Under the pieces are notes generated by a model that saw only the letters and a program-made list of their open reading frames with translations, had not been told where the DNA came from and searched no databases. This document shows, one piece after another, positions 60,953 through 64,000 of a DNA stretch of 64,000 bases (position 1 is its first letter; every line of letters begins with the position of its first letter). The position numbers and the translations under genes are program-made. The DNA is taken from assembly GCA_945907735.1 (NCBI GenBank), contig CAMDTL010000001.1, positions 183,481-247,480 of the forward strand. The letters are read 5' to 3'. Origin of the DNA: Methylotenera oryzisoli (GTDB taxonomy: Bacteria; Pseudomonadota; Gammaproteobacteria; Burkholderiales; Methylophilaceae).

Positions 60953-61756
60953 TTGCACAAAATTATGGTAAAGCCTAAACAACGTCTAGTACCTAGTGCC
61001 GCAGATGATGTGGGCTTGCGCGCGCGCGGCATTTATTTGTTGCCCAATTTATTTACTTCTGCGGCATTGTTTGCGGGCTTTTACGCCATTGTGCAGGCAA
61101 TGAATTTGCATTTTGAGCAATCTGCCATTGCGATTTTTATCGCCATGGTGATGGATGGCTTGGATGGTCGCGTGGCGCGCATGACCAATACCACCAGCGC
61201 GTTTGGGGCAGAGTACGATAGTTTATCCGACATGGTGTCTTTTGGCGTAGCACCCGCGTTGATTATGTATGTGTGGGCGTTAAAGCCGATGGGAAAATTG
61301 GGCTGGATTGCGGCCTTTATTTATTGTGCTTGTGCAGCATTGCGCTTGGCGCGCTTCAATACCAAACTGGATGATGAGCATCAAGATAAACGCTACTTTC
61401 AAGGCTTGCCCAGCCCAGCATCGGCGGCGCTGCTGGCGGGGTTTGTGTGGGTGGCTTACGAATATAATGTAGATGACCGTGAGATATTTTTTGGTGCAAT
61501 TCAAATGAAGTGGATGGCTTGGGGGTTGACGGTTTTTGCAGCGGGTAGCATGGTTTCTGATTTAAAATTTTATAGCGGCAAAGATATTAACCTGAAAGAG
61601 AGCGTACCCTTTGTGGCGATTTTGGCCATCGTGCTCATGTTTGTGCTGGTTTCATATAGCCCGCCAGAAGTATTGTTTACTGTGGTGCTGGTGTATGCAT
61701 TATCTGGCTATTATTTGTGGGCAAAAGCGCGCATGCACAAAAAAGTGGTGAGGTAA
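60953..61756 (+). CDS. pssA: CDP-diacylglycerol--serine O-phosphatidyltransferase
   Basis: LLPNLFT; DGLDGRVAR..GAEYDSLSD; LRLARFN; FQGLP. Confidence 0.93.
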   Translation: MHKIMVKPKQRLVPSAADDVGLRARGIYLLPNLFTSAALFAGFYAIVQAMNLHFEQSAIAIFIAMVMDGLDGRVARMTNTTSAFGAEYDSLSDMVSFGVAPALIMYVWALKPMGKLGWIAAFIYCACAALRLARFNTKLDDEHQDKRYFQGLPSPASAALLAGFVWVAYEYNVDDREIFFGAIQMKWMAWGLTVFAAGSMVSDLKFYSGKDINLKESVPFVAILAIVLMFVLVSYSPPEVLFTVVLVYALSGYYLWAKARMHKKVVR

Positions 61757-61770
61757 TTCCCACTTTTGCC

Positions 61771-61799
61771 TTGAAAAGCTGATTAAATGCCTCTATACT
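61771..61799 (+). promoter_or_regulatory. Sigma70 promoter of the leuA leader
   Basis: TTGAAA-17 nt-TATACT. Confidence 0.7.
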
Positions 61800-61805
61800 A
61801 AAGCC

Positions 61806-61904
61806 ATGTTGAGTTCATTCACATTTCAGTTTTTGGCAGGCTTATTGTTAAGCCTAGCTTTGTTACGTGCATTAGCACTTCGTCTGCGCGTGCGCGCAGA
61901 CTAA
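61806..61904 (+). CDS. Leu-rich leader peptide of leuA (32 aa, 11 Leu)
   Basis: MLSSFTFQFLAGLLLSLALLRALALRLRVRAD*, mostly TTA/TTG codons; followed by hairpins. Confidence 0.75.
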   Translation: MLSSFTFQFLAGLLLSLALLRALALRLRVRAD

Positions 61905-61925
61905 TCCCTCTCCAGATTAAGTATT

Positions 61926-61960
61926 TTTACGCTCGCTGAAAACTGCTTCAGCGGGTAAAA
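61926..61960 (+). promoter_or_regulatory. Attenuator-like hairpin upstream of leuA
   Basis: ttttacgctcgctgaa-aactgc-ttcagcgggtaaaa. Confidence 0.5.
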
Positions 61961-62001
61961 TTAGCCTATTGATTTAAAATATTTGCACTAGGACAGCACA
62001 A

Positions 62002-63567
62002 ATGAACCAGCCAACAGCGTTAGACAGTATTATTATTTTTGACACCACCTTGCGTGATGGCGAACAAAGCCCAGGCGCAGCCATGACCAAAGAAGAAAAA
62101 ATACGCATTGCGCGCCAACTTGAAAAATTAGGTGTCAATGTGATTGAAGCTGGTTTCGCCGCCGCCAGCCCTGGTGATTTTAATGCCATTCACACCATCG
62201 CGGGTTTGATTCACAACTCCACCGTGTGCTCACTGGCGCGCGCCAGTGAGAATGATGTGCGTCGTGCTGGTGAGGCGATTACACCTGCCATGCAACATGC
62301 CGAAAAAAATGGCCGCATCCACACCTTTATTGCCACCAGCAAAATCCATATGGAAAACAAGTTGCGCATGACTGAAGACCAAGTGGTCGAGCGCGCAGTA
62401 CAAGCAGTGAAGTGGGCTTTGGAATATACACCAGATGTGGAGTTTTCGGCTGAAGATGCCGTGCGCTCAGATATTGACTTTTTAGTACGCGTGTTTGACG
62501 CAGTGATTGAAGCGGGCGCTACTACGATTAACGTGCCAGATACAGTCGGCTATTCTATCCCCGCGCTGTGGGGCGAGCGCATGGCCACCTTAATTAAGCG
62601 CGTAAAAAATAGTGACAAAGTGGTGTGGTCAACCCATTGCCACAACGATTTAGGCATGGCGGTAGCGAATTCATTAGCGGCAGTGATGGGTGGTGCACGC
62701 CAAGTAGAATGCACCATTAACGGTTTGGGTGAGCGCGCAGGCAATGCCAGCTTAGAAGAAGTGGTGATGGCGATTAAAACCCGCAGTGACATTTTTAATT
62801 TGACCACGCGCATCGACACCACGCAAATCGTGTCAACCTCAAAATTGGTTTCGACGATTACGGGTTATCCCGTGCAGCCCAATAAGGCCATCGTTGGCGC
62901 CAATGCCTTTGCACACGAAAGTGGTATTCACCAAGATGGTGTGTTAAAACACCGCGAAACTTACGAGATTATGCGTGCAGAAGATGTGGGTTGGAATGCC
63001 AATAAATTAACCTTGGGTAAATTGTCAGGTCGCAATGCGTTTAGAACACGCTTAAAAGAGTTAGGCATTGAGTTGGAAAGTGAAGATGCTTTAAACGCTG
63101 CGTTTGCGCGTTTTAAAGATTTGGCGGATAAAAAATCAGAGATTTTTGACGAAGATTTACATGCCTTGGTAAGTGGTGAGTTTGTGCATAAAGCCAGCGA
63201 AAACTACAAATTAGTTTACTTGCAAGTGGCGTCACAAACAGGTGAAATTCCGCATGCGGTACTTACTTTGTCAGATAACGGCATAGAAAAACGTGCCGAA
63301 GCCAATGGCGGCGGCCCAGTTGATGCGAGTTTTAAAGCCATTGAAAGCATCGTCAATAGCGGCGCAGAGTTGCAATTGTATTCGGTGAATAACATCACCA
63401 GCGGCACCGATGCGCAAGGTGAGGTGACGGTGCGGCTTGCTAAAGGCGGCCGCATTGTGAACGGCCAAGGCGCGGATACCGATATTGTGATTGCCTCAGC
63501 TAAAGCGTATTTGAACGGCTTGAACAAACTTCATAGTAAATTAGAGAAGATGAGTCCGCAAGTTTAA
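62002..63567 (+). CDS. leuA: 2-isopropylmalate synthase
   Basis: [13 protein letters not shown]; HCHNDLG; GERAGN; HESGIHQDG; regulatory domain. Confidence 0.97.
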   Translation: MNQPTALDSIIIFDTTLRDGEQSPGAAMTKEEKIRIARQLEKLGVNVIEAGFAAASPGDFNAIHTIAGLIHNSTVCSLARASENDVRRAGEAITPAMQHAEKNGRIHTFIATSKIHMENKLRMTEDQVVERAVQAVKWALEYTPDVEFSAEDAVRSDIDFLVRVFDAVIEAGATTINVPDTVGYSIPALWGERMATLIKRVKNSDKVVWSTHCHNDLGMAVANSLAAVMGGARQVECTINGLGERAGNASLEEVVMAIKTRSDIFNLTTRIDTTQIVSTSKLVSTITGYPVQPNKAIVGANAFAHESGIHQDGVLKHRETYEIMRAEDVGWNANKLTLGKLSGRNAFRTRLKELGIELESEDALNAAFARFKDLADKKSEIFDEDLHALVSGEFVHKASENYKLVYLQVASQTGEIPHAVLTLSDNGIEKRAEANGGGPVDASFKAIESIVNSGAELQLYSVNNITSGTDAQGEVTVRLAKGGRIVNGQGADTDIVIASAKAYLNGLNKLHSKLEKMSPQV

Positions 63568-63568
63568 C

Positions 63569-64000
63569 GTGGGCAACAAAAAACAAACTTTTCTGATAGC
63601 GCTGGCGTTATTTTGCACCTATTTTATTTGGGGTTCGTCTTACCTAGCCGCGCGGTTTGCCATTGAGAGCTTCTCACCATTTATGATGGCGGGTGTGCGT
63701 GCCATGGTCGCTGGCGCTTTACTATATCTTATTTTATGGTTGCGCGGTCACTCGCATCCCAAGCCGCCAGAATGGCTGGGCGCGGGTATGGTGGGGTTCT
63801 TGCTGCTTACAATTGGCAGCGGCACTGTTACTTATGTACAGCAAACCGTTTCGTCCAGCGTGGCTGCACTGGCTATTGCAACAGTGCCGATTTGGATTGC
63901 GATCTTCTCTAGCTTTTGGGGACATCATCCCAATAAGCGCGAATGGCTAGGCATTATGATAGGTTGTGTGGGTATAGTGCTATTGAATTTTGGCGGCAGT
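63569..64000 (+). CDS. EamA/DMT transporter (YedA-like), 3'-truncated by the window edge
   Basis: GTG start; FLIALALFCTYFIWGSSYLAARFAIESFSPFMMAGVR... Confidence 0.85.
   Translation, partial: MGNKKQTFLIALALFCTYFIWGSSYLAARFAIESFSPFMMAGVRAMVAGALLYLILWLRGHSHPKPPEWLGAGMVGFLLLTIGSGTVTYVQQTVSSSVAALAIATVPIWIAIFSSFWGHHPNKREWLGIMIGCVGIVLLNFGGS

Overview
A gene-dense chromosomal window from a betaproteobacterium, most likely a Methylophilaceae (Methylotenera-like) methylotroph. This is inferred from gene order and protein similarity recalled from memory; no search was run. Most of it is housekeeping: amgK-murU-pepP-ubiH-ubiF/I-dsbC, kup, xseA, dsbB-cysM-ydbH-ynbE-ydbL, pgm, iscX, glyA-nrdR-ribD-tatD, mtnA plus a class II aldolase, malic enzyme-sdhCDABE-fumarase-acnB, rlmJ, uvrC-pgsA-tRNA-Gly-tRNA-Cys, miaB-phoH, cysG, ompR/envZ-like, tgt, and pssA-leuA-yedA. 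The main accessory block (~5.6-18.7 kb) is a gamma-glutamylation polyamine uptake/catabolism island. It ends in a GmaS-like type III glutamine-synthetase paralogue and carries three apparent deletion scars: a PuuR-like regulator trace, a puuE/gabT gene collapsed to a 45-codon N+C fusion, and an allophanate hydrolase C-terminal tail. Other notable items are an AT-rich ~0.9 kb insert with a poly-C methyltransferase-like gene that clipped both neighbours, a DnaA-box/IHF cluster, and three secreted EF-hand proteins (one behind OmpR-like boxes). There is also a probably leaderless Leu-rich leuA leader peptide, shared IxI C-terminal tails on Fe-S TCA enzymes, tandem echoes of gene 3' ends, and several families of small palindromic repeats, one translated inside ribD. 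No CRISPR array, rRNA, prophage or transposase gene was seen.
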